A stretch of 64,000 nt of DNA, taken from contig CAVSDR010000006.1 of assembly GCA_963726745.1 (NCBI GenBank), forward strand, positions 160,001 through 224,000, in the 5' to 3' direction. This stretch comes from an uncultured Verrucomicrobiae bacterium. Lineage in GTDB: Bacteria; Verrucomicrobiota; Verrucomicrobiia; Chthoniobacterales; UBA10450. Position 1 is the first letter of the stretch. Each line of letters opens with the position of its first letter. Positions 34,033 to 45,057 of the stretch are shown piece by piece. A program made the translations under genes and the position numbers. The notes under the pieces are model-generated. The model did not search any database, was not told the origin of the DNA, and saw nothing but the letters and a program-made list of their open reading frames with translations.

Positions 34033-35235
34033 ATGCCCGGTGAAACCTTAAACGCGCCGCTGCCGGAAAACGCCGCGCCCGCGTCCTCCGCGCTTCCGCG
34101 GAACATGCTCTATTCGATCTTCGCGCGCATTGGCGGCTCAGGCCTGGACACGGATGCCTTCGAGGCCTTGCGTGCTTCGCATCGCGGGGGTTTTCTCGGG
34201 CGCGCGGTGGCTTACGATAACCGGCAAACGGAGATCCCGGCGAAGCTGATCTACTCGCTCCGCTGGCATCCGGTGCGACTGATCTCCTTCATCGAGCGCC
34301 CCTATTACTACGGTGCGAAAAAGAAGTATCTCGACTGGGTCGCCGCCCGGCAGCTCGAGACCGGACGCTACGATCTTTTCCACAGTTGGTCGGGCGATTG
34401 CCTGCAATCTCTGCGCGTGGCCAAGCGGCGCGGCATCCCCTCGTTAGTCGAAATTCCCACCTGGCACCGCGACCGCGGCAAGACTGGCCCGCGCCCGGCG
34501 GCCACCCCCGCGGGGAAGAAGCCGTGGAAGAAACGGCTCCTGCTCGAGCGCGAGCGTTTCATCGAGGAATACGACCTCGCCGACCTGCTCGTGGTCCTTT
34601 CGGAAAAAGCCGCCGAGACCTTCCGCGTGCAAGGCTTCCCCGAGAGCAAACTTTACTACCTCCCGCGCGGGGTGGACGTCGACCGTTTCCGTCCCGGCGT
34701 GCGGCCGCCGGTCTTTCGCGCGGTTTTTTCCGGCGCGCTGATCGAGCGCAAAGGCATCCATCATTTGCTCGAGGCCTGGCATCGCCTCGACCTGAAGAAC
34801 GCCGAGCTTTGGCTGGTCGGCTCGGTGCATGCGGAAGCCAAGCCGCACCTCGAAAAGTTTCACCGCGACAACATCCGCGTGGTCGGCTTCGCGAAGAATC
34901 CCGAGGAATATCTCAGCCAAAGCACGGTGCACGTTTTCCCTTCGACCTGCGAAGGGAGCGCGAAAGTGACCTACGAAGCCGCGGCCTGCGGATTGCCGCA
35001 AATCACCACGCGCGAAGCGGGCGATGTGGTTGTCGATGGCGTGCAGGGTTTGATCGTGCCGCCTAATAACGTCGACCGCCTGGCGGAAGCGATAAAGCAC
35101 CTCTACGACCACCCGGAAATCGTCGAGCGCATGAGCGTGGCCGCGCGCGAGCGGGTGGTGCAAAACTTCACCTGGGATCACTTCCGCACGCGTCTCCTCA
35201 TCGGCTACCAGCGCGCGATGGCGATGAAGCGCTAG
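34033..35235 (+). CDS. GT4 glycosyltransferase
   Basis: RGVDVDRF, ERKGIHHLLEAW, FPSTCEGSAKVTYEAAACGLP. Confidence 0.9.
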   Translation: MPGETLNAPLPENAAPASSALPRNMLYSIFARIGGSGLDTDAFEALRASHRGGFLGRAVAYDNRQTEIPAKLIYSLRWHPVRLISFIERPYYYGAKKKYLDWVAARQLETGRYDLFHSWSGDCLQSLRVAKRRGIPSLVEIPTWHRDRGKTGPRPAATPAGKKPWKKRLLLERERFIEEYDLADLLVVLSEKAAETFRVQGFPESKLYYLPRGVDVDRFRPGVRPPVFRAVFSGALIERKGIHHLLEAWHRLDLKNAELWLVGSVHAEAKPHLEKFHRDNIRVVGFAKNPEEYLSQSTVHVFPSTCEGSAKVTYEAAACGLPQITTREAGDVVVDGVQGLIVPPNNVDRLAEAIKHLYDHPEIVERMSVAARERVVQNFTWDHFRTRLLIGYQRAMAMKR

Positions 35236-35247
35236 CCTCATCGCGGC

Positions 35248-36264
35248 GTGGAAATTCTCCTCCTGCAACTCAAGCGCATCGGCGACTTGATCCTGACCAC
35301 GCCCGCGATCGCGGCGCTCCGCGCGCAGCATCCGAAGGCGCGCATCTCGCTGGTTGTGGCCAGCGACACGCGGCCGCTGCTTCCGGCGATCGAAGGCGTT
35401 GACGAGGTTTTTGTTGCGCGCAAAAAAATCAGCGATGCGGCGAACTGGTTCACGGTCGCGCGGCGGCGTTACGATTACTGCTTCGACTTCACGCGGAACG
35501 ATCGCTCGGCCTTCCTCACCGTGCTTTCCGGCGCGACCAATCGCGTGACCGCGGATCACCCGCGCCTGCGCGCGAAGCTGCGCTCGCTCTCCTATAATGT
35601 GCTCGTCGATCTCGATGTCGGGCGGATGCACACGATCGATTACCACCTCGGCCTGCTCCAGCCGCTCGGGATTCGCGACGCCTCGACCGCGCTCCATTTG
35701 CGCCTGCCGGCGGAAGCGATCGCAGAAGCCGAGGCCGCGCTCGCGGCGCATAAAATAGCCGGCAACTTCGTGCTCCTGCATCCCGGCTCGGCGCGGGCGG
35801 AGAAGTTCTGGGAAGCGGAGCGCTGGGCAGAAATCATCGCCTGGGCCAACGCGCAAAAATTAGCCTGCATTCTCAGCGGCAGTCCGGCAGCGCTGGAGCA
35901 AGGCCACCTCCAGGCGATCGCCGCGCGCGCAACCGAACCCTTCGTTAGCCTGGCGGGAAAGCTGAGCCTGCTCGGCCTCGCGGCCTTGATCGCGCGCGCC
36001 CGCCTCCTGGTCACGGTCGACAGCGCGCCGATGCATTTCGCCGCCGCCAGCGGGACGCCGCAGGTGGTTTTGTTCGGCCCAACGAATCCAACACACTGGC
36101 ATCCACGCGGCACGCCGGCGCTGGTTTTGCAGGCCGGACACGACGCGCCCACGACGGTTTTCCGCCCGAAGGAGAAGGGCGCGCCGATGAACCTCATCTC
36201 GACGGCTCAGGTCATCGATGCTATGGAAGCGCTGCTGGCGGCGCCGCCCGTCGCGCCTTTATGA
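35248..36264 (+). CDS. GT9 LPS heptosyltransferase
   Basis: LKRIGDLILTTP, LHPGS..EKFW, VDSAPMHFAAA, VVLFGPT. Confidence 0.92.
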   Translation: MEILLLQLKRIGDLILTTPAIAALRAQHPKARISLVVASDTRPLLPAIEGVDEVFVARKKISDAANWFTVARRRYDYCFDFTRNDRSAFLTVLSGATNRVTADHPRLRAKLRSLSYNVLVDLDVGRMHTIDYHLGLLQPLGIRDASTALHLRLPAEAIAEAEAALAAHKIAGNFVLLHPGSARAEKFWEAERWAEIIAWANAQKLACILSGSPAALEQGHLQAIAARATEPFVSLAGKLSLLGLAALIARARLLVTVDSAPMHFAAASGTPQVVLFGPTNPTHWHPRGTPALVLQAGHDAPTTVFRPKEKGAPMNLISTAQVIDAMEALLAAPPVAPL

Positions 36265-38148
36265 GCGGAGCCAACGCACCCAAAATCAAGCGCTCCATCT
36301 GGGAGACGATCAAGGCCGGCTCGGGTCCATACCGCCGCCTCTTCCAATATGTGAAGCCCTACAAGTGGCGCTTCATCATCGGGCTCTTCTTCGGTTTCCT
36401 TTACGGCGCGATCAACGGCGTCCTCCCGATCGTTCTCGGCAAGGTCATGGCCTTCGTCTTTCACGGTGGACCGATGAACACCCAGGCGCTTCTGCAAAAT
36501 CGCGACGCGCTCGCGACCGGGCCGAAGATCGACTCGCTGCTCACGCTTTGCCTTGCGATTCCCGCGGTCATGATGGCCCGCAGCGCCTGCTCCTTCGCGA
36601 ACAGCTACTACATGGCCTGGGTGAGCAACAAAGTGCTGACTGATATCCGCACGCAGCTTTTCCAGAAAATCCTCAGCCACTCGATGGATTACTTCAACAA
36701 GGCGCGTTCCGGCTTCCTGATGTCGCGAATCACGAACGACACCCGCATGATGCAGATGGCGCTTTCGTCCATCAGCAGCGACCTCTTTAAGCAACCGGTC
36801 GCGATCGTCAGCGGTGTGGCCGTTTTGCTTTATCTCGACTGGCGTTTCACCCTGGTCACGCTGGTGCTTTTCCCGGTCTGCATCATCCCGATCAGCATTT
36901 ACGGACGGCGCGCCCGCCGCGCGGCCAAGAACGAGCAGGAAGACATGGGCCAAATGGTCGTGACCATGCAGGAAACCTTCGCCGGCATCCGCGTGATCAA
37001 GTCGTTCGCGCGGGAAGATTACCAGGACCGGATTTTCCGCCGGAGCAACAAGCTGCAATTTGATAATGCCATCCGCATCGTTCGCGCGATGGAGTCCGTC
37101 GGTCCTTTGGTGGAAACGATCGCCGCGCTCGGCGTCGGCATGGCTTTGCTCTACGTTTACTTTAGCGGGGTGAGCGCGGCGAAATTCCTCGCGCTCAACG
37201 CCGGCATTTTCCTGCTCTACGAGCCAATCAAAACGCTCAGCCGCATCCAGGTGGTGATGGAGCGCTCGATCCAGGCGACCACCGGCATCTTCGACATTCT
37301 CGACAGCCAGCCTTCCGTGGTCGACGCGCCCGAGCGCGGTGGCGCTACCGCCTTCGCGCGGGCACATTGCGCTGGAGAACGTGACCTTCCAATACGCCGG
37401 CGGGAACACGAACGCGGTCGAGAACATCTCGCTCGTGATCGAGACCGGAAAAACCTATGCGCTCGTGGGCGCGAGCGGCGCCGGCAAGAGCACCATTCTT
37501 TCGCTCCTGCTGCGACTCTACGATCCGACCGCCGGCCGCATCCGGATCGATGGGAACGATCTCCGCGAAGTGACCCAGCGTTCGCTCCGTGAACAGATCG
37601 GGCTGGTCACGCAGGAGACCTTCCTGTTTCACGACACCATCTTCAACAACATCAAATTCGGCCGGCTCGATGCGACCAAGGACGAAGTCTACGCCGCCGC
37701 GCAGGCCGCGTTCGCGCACGACTTCGTGATGGCGCAGCCGCAGGGCTACGAGACCATCGTGGGCGACAAAGGCTGTCTTCTTTCCGGTGGCCAGCAGCAG
37801 CGCCTCGCGATCGCGCGCGCCCTGCTTAAGAACGCGCCCATTCTCCTGCTCGACGAAGCTACGTCCGCGCTCGATTCCGAGTCGGAAAAGCAAATCCAGA
37901 TCGCGCTCGAGAATCTTTCCGCGGGCCGCACCGTGATCGCGATCGCGCACCGCCTCTCGACCATTTTGTCGGCTGACCAGATCGTGGTCATGGAAAGTGG
38001 TCACATCAAGGAAGTGGGCACGCATCGGCAGTTGATGGATCAATCCGGCTATTACCGGCGCCTCTACGATATGCAGTTCCTCCACGGCCAGGGCGAGCTC
38101 GAAACGCCCGCGCCGGACGCGCCCTTCCTGGTCGAAGCGCTGACCTAG
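36261..38148 (+). CDS. msbA: MsbA-like ABC exporter, frameshifted near 37335
   Basis: TM domain (MSRITND) in ORF 36261..37592; NBD (GASGAGKST, LSGGQQQR, LLDEATSALD) in ORF 37339..38148; LPS gene context. Confidence 0.85.
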
Positions 38149-38158
38149 CCGCCACGCC

Positions 38159-38983
38159 ATGCAACGCCGGCACATCAAGTGGTTCCCGATCGCCGCGGCG
38201 CTGCTGATTTTCGCCTGGCAATACTTCGGCTCGGAAAAATTCGTTAATCCTGAGACCGGCCGCGCAAGCCACGTGGGGATGTCCACCGAACAGGAAGCCG
38301 CGCTGGGAATGCAGACCTATCGGCAGGTGATTGCGCAGGCGCAGCCGATCACTTCCGGCAGTGATTACGAGACGGTGAAACGCGTCGCCGGCCGCCTGGC
38401 CACGGCCACCGGTGCCGCCGGGAACAAATTCGACTGGCAGGTCTCGTTGATTCGCGACAGCCAGCAAAATGCCTTCTGTCTGCCGGGAGGAAAGATTGTC
38501 GTCTACACCGGCATTCTCCCAGTGACCGCGAATGAGGCCGGCCTGGCGACGGTCATGGGCCACGAGATGGCGCACGCGATTTCCCGCCATGGCGCCCAGC
38601 GCGTCCTCCAGCAAAATCTTACCCAGACCGCGATGGCGGGCGTGGCCGCCTCGCTTTCCGACATGGATTACGACCGGCAACGCGCGGTCATGGGCGCGCT
38701 CGGCGCCGGCGCGCGCTTCGGCGTGCTCATGCCTTTCAGTCGCAAGCACGAGACGGAAGCGGACGAGATCGGCCTGCACTACATGGCGCGGGCGGGTTAC
38801 GACCCGCAGGAGGCGATTCGCTTTTGGACACGCATGGAACGAGCCGGGGGCGCGCAGCCGCCGGAGTTCATGTCCACGCACCCATCGCATGGGACGCGCG
38901 TAGCCCAGCTCGAGGCCGAGCTCCCGAAGGCGCTCGAGGAATACCGCCACATCCTGCCGGCTAACGAGTCAGCACAGCGTTAA
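38159..38983 (+). CDS. M48 family metallopeptidase
   Basis: NAFCLPGGKI, HEMAH, ETEADEIG, FMSTHP. Confidence 0.93.
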   Translation: MQRRHIKWFPIAAALLIFAWQYFGSEKFVNPETGRASHVGMSTEQEAALGMQTYRQVIAQAQPITSGSDYETVKRVAGRLATATGAAGNKFDWQVSLIRDSQQNAFCLPGGKIVVYTGILPVTANEAGLATVMGHEMAHAISRHGAQRVLQQNLTQTAMAGVAASLSDMDYDRQRAVMGALGAGARFGVLMPFSRKHETEADEIGLHYMARAGYDPQEAIRFWTRMERAGGAQPPEFMSTHPSHGTRVAQLEAELPKALEEYRHILPANESAQR

Positions 38984-39507
38984 ACGCGGCCAGCCGCGCG
39001 GCGTGGTCCGCGTCGCTGAGCACCGCCTCGAGCGCCGAGCTCCGCGGAATGAGCCGGCAACTTCACCCACGAGCGGCAGCCGCCGTAAGCCGGTAGCTCC
39101 GGCAGAATCCAGGGCGCAGCCAACCGGAACACGCGCACGAAAGCGACGTGAATCCCCGGCGCCTCATCATACTCAAAACGCTCGCGCACCACCTCGCTCC
39201 GGAGGACATGGAAAGGCTCCAGCGCCGCCGCCGTTTCCCACGAAGTGACCACCGCGGTGCGCTCAATCCGCGCGCAGAACTCCAGCCGCACCTCCCCTTC
39301 CCGCCGTTCCGGGATGAAGTGGTCGGCTAATTTTGTCCGCTCCGCCTGCTCGTGGAAAAAAGTCGGGAAAAGCAAGAACTCCGGGTGCCGGAAAGCAAAA
39401 CCGTCGCGCCCCTCCGCGATCCCGCCTTTGCGCAGCAGAATCGTCTGTGCGCCGCGGCCGAGCGCGGCGCAGACGATGGCCCATTCCTTGAAACCGACGC
39501 TTTCCAT
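38961..39507 (-). CDS. DUF1802 family protein, probable frameshift near 39035
   Basis: FKEWAIVC..LGRGAQTILLRKGGI, FPTFFH, YGGCRSWV; the shifted frame gives LEAVLSDADHAARL and a stop at 38961. Confidence 0.85.
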
Positions 39508-39536
39508 TTCTCGCGCGCGAAACTAGCCTTCCGGCG

Positions 39537-40262
39537 ATGCCGTTCAACATCGACCTGCACACGCACACCTTCTTCTCCGGTGACGGCGTTTCGAGCCCCG
39601 AGGAGAACATCGCCTCCGCTCGCGCCAAGGGTTTGCATGGTCTCGCGGTGACCGATCACAACACCTCCGATGCGGTCGCCTACCTGCTCGACAAGGGCCT
39701 CATGCGCGAGGATGGCCTGCCGGTCGACGGCTTTCTCGTCATCCCCGGCCAGGAGGTGACCACGCGCGAAGGCCACCTGCTTTGCATCGGCGCGACGCTG
39801 CCCGACTTGAAAGGCACGCCCGCGCGCGACGTCTGCGAAATGATCCACGAACGCGGCGGCCTCGCGATCCCCCCGCATCCCTACGATCTCTTCCGCGCCG
39901 GCATTCGCTATCAAACGCTCGAGACTCTGCCGATCGATGCGCTCGAGGTTTTCAACGCCGCGACCACGCTCCGGCGTTACAACAACTTCGCCTTCGAGTA
40001 TGCCCAGGCTCGCGGCCTGCCGATGACCGCCGCGAGCGACGCCCACCACGCCGACGCCCTTGGCACTGCCTACACCATCCTGAACACCGAAGACTTCAGC
40101 GTAAAAGGCCTCCTCGCGCAGATTTTGAAGAGCAACGAGTTGAACCAGCACTACCTCACCCCGCGCGACAGCGTCCGGAAGACCTGGAACAACTGGATGC
40201 GCCTCCGCCGCAAGAAAAAGCTCCCGGAATCCGCCGCCAAGTTCGAGCACCTGGCGCACTGA
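39537..40262 (+). CDS. PHP domain phosphoesterase
   Basis: DLHTHT, AVTDHN, GQEV, HLL, PHP, SDAH. Confidence 0.9.
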   Translation: MPFNIDLHTHTFFSGDGVSSPEENIASARAKGLHGLAVTDHNTSDAVAYLLDKGLMREDGLPVDGFLVIPGQEVTTREGHLLCIGATLPDLKGTPARDVCEMIHERGGLAIPPHPYDLFRAGIRYQTLETLPIDALEVFNAATTLRRYNNFAFEYAQARGLPMTAASDAHHADALGTAYTILNTEDFSVKGLLAQILKSNELNQHYLTPRDSVRKTWNNWMRLRRKKKLPESAAKFEHLAH

Positions 40263-40271
40263 AGTTGCCGG

Positions 40272-42371
40272 CTATTCCAGCAGGCGGGCCAGTTCCGCGG
40301 GCTTCGTCACCGGCGCTTTGCAGGTGAAGTTTTCGCAGACGTAAATCGCCGGCTGGCCGTCCACCGGTTTCATGGCCTGGACCGCTTCGTCGTTCCCATC
40401 TGCGGCGTGGAGGAGAATCTTATGCGGGAGAAAATGGCGATGCACTTCCTGTAGCAACGCCTGCGCGTTTTCCGTTTTCGTCTCCCCCGCGAGCACGATC
40501 TGGCGCGGCTTGCCTAACGAGTAATCGAGCGCGACCAGCATCTGCGGCAGCGCCGTGGGCACACGAGTCAAAGTGCCGGCAAAAGCCGCGATGGTTTTCC
40601 CGGCTCGCTCCCGCAACGCCGGGTCGTCGCGCATTTGCGCGAGGCGCAGGAGATTAAGCGCCGCGACGGAACTGGCGGCCGGCTCGGCGCCGTCGTTGTC
40701 CTCCTTCAGCCGCAGGAGAATGCTCGCGTCTTGCCCGGTAACGCTAAAATAGCCGCCCTCCTTTTCGTCGAAAAAGAGCCGGTCCTGCGTCGCCTGCAGC
40801 TCGAGCGCCAGCCGCAGCCAGGCGCCCTCAAACGAGGCCTCGTAAAGATCGAGCAAGCCCTGGATGGCAAAAGCGTAGTCGTCGGCAAATCCTTCCACCG
40901 CGCTCCGGCCTTCGCGGTAATTCCGCACCAGCTTTTTCGTCTTCGGCTCGTAGAGATGCTCGCGCAGACACTCGGCCGCGCGCGTCGCCGCTGTCAGGTA
41001 GTCCGCGTCGCCCAGGACCTGCGCCGCGCGCGCAAAGGCGGAGATCATGAGCCCGTTCCAGGCGGTGATGATTTTGTCGTCGAGATGCGGCCGCGGCCGT
41101 TTCGCGCGCAGTTCGAGCAGTCGCGCGCGCGCCGCCGCAGCTTGTCGGCTATTTCCTCTTTCGCTTTGTCGAAGCGCTTGCGCCGTCTCGCCTAACGAGT
41201 GACGCTGGATGAGGATATTTTTCCCGGTGAACTCGCCGTGCGGATCGGAACCCGCAGGCGCGTTCCCATCGGCTTCCACGCCGTAGTGGAAGTTGAAGAT
41301 GCTGGCTGTTTCCCCGAGCGCCTGGTCGATCTCCGCCTGCGTCCAGACGTAGAACGCACCCTCGGCGTGCTCCGGTTTTCCGTGCGCGATCACGCTGTCG
41401 GCATCCTCCGCGGAGAAGAAGCCGCCCTCCGGCGCGAGCAAGTCGCGGCGGACGTAATCGAGCACGTCGCGCGCGGTCGCCTCGAATTCCGGCGCACGCG
41501 TGATCTGGAACGCGTCGAGGTAGGCGCTGGCCAGTTGCGCCTGGTCGTAGAGCATTTTTTCGAAGTGCGGCACGTGCCAGTAGGTATCGACCGAGTAGCG
41601 CGCAAAACCGCCGCCGAGGTGATCGTGCATTCCGCCCGCGGCCATTTTCCGCAGGGTGAAAAGCGCCATCTCGAGGGCGTGTTTCCCCTCGGTGCTCTGC
41701 CGGTCGCGCGCGTAAACGCGCAGGAGAAAGTTGAGCATCACCGGCCGGGGAAATTTCGGTGCGCTCCCGAAGCCGCCTTCGTGCGCATCGTAGCTCCGCG
41801 CGATCTGCCCGTAGGCCGCATGCAGCGGCGCGGCGCTTAATTTCTCCCGCTCCTGCTCGCTCGCGCTGGAGGCTTCGCGCAAGGCCGCGACGATCCGCGT
41901 CCCCTGCTCCTCGATCTTCGCCCGGTCGTTCTTCCACGCGTCGGCGATCCGGTGAAGCACGTCCTTGAAGCCCGGCTGGCCGTAGCGGCTTTCCGGCGGA
42001 AAATAGGTGCCGCCGACAAACGGCTTCAGCTCCGGGGTGAGCCAGACACTCATCGGCCAGCCGCCGTGGCCGGTGGTCGCCTGCACGAAAGTCATGTAAA
42101 CGCGGTCGACATCCGGCCGCTCCTCGCGGTCGACTTTCACGTTCACGAACTCGCGGTTCATGATCTCCGCGACGGCTGGGTCCTCGAAAGACTCGTGCGC
42201 CATCACGTGGCACCAATGGCAGGTCGAGTAGCCCACGGAGAGAAAGATCGGTTTGTTCTCCGTGCGCGCTTTCTCGAAGGCTTCCTCGCCCCACGGAAAC
42301 CAGTCGACCGGGTTCTCGGCATGCTGCAGGAGGTAAGGAGATTTTTCGTGGGCCAGGCGGTTCTTTGGCAT
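40272..42371 (-). CDS. Thioredoxin-domain protein (YyaL/DUF255, SSP411-like)
   Basis: [49 protein letters not shown]; probable compensating indels near 41135-41180. Confidence 0.93.
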   Translation of the reverse strand: MPKNRLAHEKSPYLLQHAENPVDWFPWGEEAFEKARTENKPIFLSVGYSTCHWCHVMAHESFEDPAVAEIMNREFVNVKVDREERPDVDRVYMTFVQATTGHGGWPMSVWLTPELKPFVGGTYFPPESRYGQPGFKDVLHRIADAWKNDRAKIEEQGTRIVAALREASSASEQEREKLSAAPLHAAYGQIARSYDAHEGGFGSAPKFPRPVMLNFLLRVYARDRQSTEGKHALEMALFTLRKMAAGGMHDHLGGGFARYSVDTYWHVPHFEKMLYDQAQLASAYLDAFQITRAPEFEATARDVLDYVRRDLLAPEGGFFSAEDADSVIAHGKPEHAEGAFYVWTQAEIDQALGETASIFNFHYGVEADGNAPAGSDPHGEFTGKNILIQRHSLGETAQALRQSERGNSRQAAAARARLLELRAKRPRPHLDDKIITAWNGLMISAFARAAQVLGDADYLTAATRAAECLREHLYEPKTKKLVRNYREGRSAVEGFADDYAFAIQGLLDLYEASFEGAWLRLALELQATQDRLFFDEKEGGYFSVTGQDASILLRLKEDNDGAEPAASSVAALNLLRLAQMRDDPALRERAGKTIAAFAGTLTRVPTALPQMLVALDYSLGKPRQIVLAGETKTENAQALLQEVHRHFLPHKILLHAADGNDEAVQAMKPVDGQPAIYVCENFTCKAPVTKPAELARLLE

Positions 42372-42378
42372 CGAGGGG

Positions 42379-42462
42379 AAAGTTCGAGCGTCGAACGCAG
42401 ATCGTCGAACGCGGAATTTCCCGATGTGGTCATTCGACGGGCGACGTTCGACGTTCGACCTT
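42379..42462. repeat. Imperfect inverted repeat built from 7-mer units (TCGAACG / TCGACGT)
   Basis: Left arm AAAGTTCGAGCGTCGAACGCAGATCGTCGAAC; right arm ATTCGACGGGCGACGTTCGACGTTCGACCTTT; between divergent genes. Confidence 0.7.
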
Positions 42463-42471
42463 TCCGGCTTG

Positions 42472-43200
42472 ATGACCCTCGCGCTCCTCCTGGCCGGCAT
42501 CCTCGTGGTCGCGTTTCTCTATTCCTCCGTCGGCCACGCGGGCGCTTCCGGCTACATCGCGGTCATGACCCTGGCCGGTCTCACGGCTACGACCATTCGC
42601 CCGACCGCGCTCCTCCTGAACATTCTCGTGGCCTGCATCGGCTCCTACCAATTCTGGCGCGCGGGGCATTTCTCCTGGCCGCTCTTTTGGCCATTCGCGC
42701 TTCTCTCGGTGCCGCTGGCGTATCTGGGCGGCTCGCTGCACGTCGCGACCTGGATCTTGAAGCCGCTCCTCGGCGGCGTGCTGCTCTTCTCGGCGGCGCG
42801 GCTTTTCTTTCGCACCGGCGATCCCGCGGAAACGATGCCGCCCTCGCGGCCGGTCGCGACAGCGGTGGGCGCGGGCATCGGTTTCCTCTCCGGCCTCACC
42901 GGGACGGGCGGCGGGATTTTTCTCACACCGCTCCTGCTCTTCGCGCGCTGGACTTACCTGAAACGCGCAGCCGCGATCTCGGTGGTTTTTATTTTAGTGA
43001 ACTCGACCGCTGGTCTCGCTGGCTATCTCTCGAGTGGGCAGCCGATGCCGCGGCTCGCCTGGACCTTGGCGCCTGCGGCCGTCGTCGCCGGCGCGCTCGG
43101 CTCCTATCTCGGCAGCCGGCGCTTCCCGGTGCGCACGATTTCGTTGCTGCTGGCGAGCGTGCTCGTGATCGCGGGGTTCAAGCTCATCTTTACGCGCTGA
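42472..43200 (+). CDS. Sulfite exporter TauE/SafE family protein
   Basis: [36 protein letters not shown]. Confidence 0.9.
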   Translation: MTLALLLAGILVVAFLYSSVGHAGASGYIAVMTLAGLTATTIRPTALLLNILVACIGSYQFWRAGHFSWPLFWPFALLSVPLAYLGGSLHVATWILKPLLGGVLLFSAARLFFRTGDPAETMPPSRPVATAVGAGIGFLSGLTGTGGGIFLTPLLLFARWTYLKRAAAISVVFILVNSTAGLAGYLSSGQPMPRLAWTLAPAAVVAGALGSYLGSRRFPVRTISLLLASVLVIAGFKLIFTR

Positions 43201-43666
43201 GCTCCTGGCGCGGCGCGGTCTCGGGCGACCAGGGATTGCGGGTGAACTCCGAGTCAATAATCGCCTGCGCCGTTGCATGGAGCAGCGCGAGCAAGCCCGC
43301 GACGTCGAACTCGTGCCGACGCGGCGCGAAGGGCGCGAGATTTTTTTCCGCCAAATGAAAGAGCCGCACCGCCGGCCCGAGCCGCCGGCCATGGACGCGA
43401 TGCGCGGGAAATTCGAAGTGCTTCTGCAAATGCACAAACCCGCCCGCGGCCTGGATCAACCCCTTGAAATAGCCGGCATCTTCACCCGTGGTCCCGAGCC
43501 AGAGATGCTCCAGGACGTCGTGCGCCTCGTAGTATTTTTGCTCGTTCCAGCAATGGAAAAACCCGCGGTAGCACGGGTGCTGCGCGATGCTCCCGACGCC
43601 GCCGCCGGGCGCCATCGCGCGCTCGAGCTCGGCCACGAAACGCGAAATCCTCTCGCCTTTGTTCAT
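43190..43666 (-). CDS. DUF309 domain protein
   Basis: WNEQKYYEAHDVLEHLW, KGLIQAAGGFVH. Confidence 0.9.
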   Translation of the reverse strand: MNKGERISRFVAELERAMAPGGGVGSIAQHPCYRGFFHCWNEQKYYEAHDVLEHLWLGTTGEDAGYFKGLIQAAGGFVHLQKHFEFPAHRVHGRRLGPAVRLFHLAEKNLAPFAPRRHEFDVAGLLALLHATAQAIIDSEFTRNPWSPETAPRQELSA

Positions 43667-43758
43667 CGCGGACGTAGTTTGAACTGGTCTGAGATGAGGG
43701 GCAAACCAGCGCGCGCAAACCTTCCGCGCGAGAGCTGTGTCCGGTGTCCGCGCGCGGC

Positions 43759-45057
43759 ATGACCGCGCTCCTGTCGCTCTCGCTCCTCATCGGCGCGCTC
43801 ATCTTTCTCTCGGCCCTCTTTTCCGGGCTGGAGACCGCGCTCTTCGCGCTTCGGCCCCACCAGCTCCGCCGCCTGGAGGACCAGCATCCGTCGTTGCAGA
43901 ATTTCATCCGCGGCTTCCGCGAGCATCCGCGCCGCGTCCTCAACGTCCTCCTGCTGGCCGACATCGTGGTCAACATCCCGCTGATTGTTCTCTGCGCCTT
44001 CCTCCTCTGGGAAGGACCGCTGGAGAACGCCCATGTCCCGCAGTGGCTCGTGGCCCTCTCGATCTTTGCCGTCATCGTGCTGGTCTGCGACCTCATCCCA
44101 AAGCTGCTCGCGGCCTCGGCTCCCTATCGTTTATCCGCTGTCGGCGTCTTCACCTTGCGCGCGGTCATGCCGTTGCTCGACCGCGTGGGCCGCGGGCTCG
44201 AGCGGGCCAGCGAAGCGCTCGTCCGGCGGGTGACGCCTGGCCAGACCGGCATCCGCCCGCGGATGAGCGACGAGGAATTGGAGACGCTCGTGGAGATGGG
44301 CGAAGAAGCCGGGACGCTGCACGAGGCCGAGGGCGAGATGATCCAGGAGATCATCAAATTAGGCGACAAGACGGTGAAGGATTGCCTCACGCCGCGGGTC
44401 GACACCTTCGCGTTACCCGACGATCTCTCCAACGAGGAGGCGCTCGCGCTTTTGAAGACGAAACGCTTCCGCCGCGTGCCGGTCTACGCGGACACGCCCG
44501 ACCAAATCGTCGGCATCCTCGACGTGAAGCGTTTCCTGCTCGACCCGGCCTCGCCCTACACCGAGCTGCTCGATGCCCCTTCGTTCGTGCACGAAACCAT
44601 GTCCGCGATGGAGCTGCTCCGGAGCTTCCTCCATCGGCCGCAGGGCCTGGCGATCGTGGTCGACGAATTCGGCGGCACCGAGGGGATCATCACCACCGCC
44701 GATATCGTCGAGGAAATCATCAGCGACGCCGCGCCGCTCGGGCAGGCCGAGCTTTACATCGAGCCGCTGGCCGATGGCCGCCTGCTGGTGAGCGGAAACG
44801 CGCGCCTTGACGATCTCGCAGAGCATCTCGGTTTCGAGCTGGAAGCGGACGGCATCGACACCATTGGCGGCCTGGTCTTTAACCGCCTCGGCTACCTGCC
44901 GCCGAACGGCACCGCGGTGGAATGGCCGCGCCTTTCCGTAACCGTGCGCCGCACCGGGCGGAAGCGAATCGAGGAATTGCTCCTGGAGAAAACGGCGTCC
45001 CTCATCCCTGGAGACGGCGTGGAGCATGGGCCGGCGGAAACGGAGGCCGCGCCATGA
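43759..45057 (+). CDS. CNNM/hemolysin-family protein (DUF21-CBS-CorC)
   Basis: FSGLETALFAL, DLIPK, LTPRVD, RVPVY, VVDEFGGTEGIIT, DTIGG. Confidence 0.92.
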   Translation: MTALLSLSLLIGALIFLSALFSGLETALFALRPHQLRRLEDQHPSLQNFIRGFREHPRRVLNVLLLADIVVNIPLIVLCAFLLWEGPLENAHVPQWLVALSIFAVIVLVCDLIPKLLAASAPYRLSAVGVFTLRAVMPLLDRVGRGLERASEALVRRVTPGQTGIRPRMSDEELETLVEMGEEAGTLHEAEGEMIQEIIKLGDKTVKDCLTPRVDTFALPDDLSNEEALALLKTKRFRRVPVYADTPDQIVGILDVKRFLLDPASPYTELLDAPSFVHETMSAMELLRSFLHRPQGLAIVVDEFGGTEGIITTADIVEEIISDAAPLGQAELYIEPLADGRLLVSGNARLDDLAEHLGFELEADGIDTIGGLVFNRLGYLPPNGTAVEWPRLSVTVRRTGRKRIEELLLEKTASLIPGDGVEHGPAETEAAP

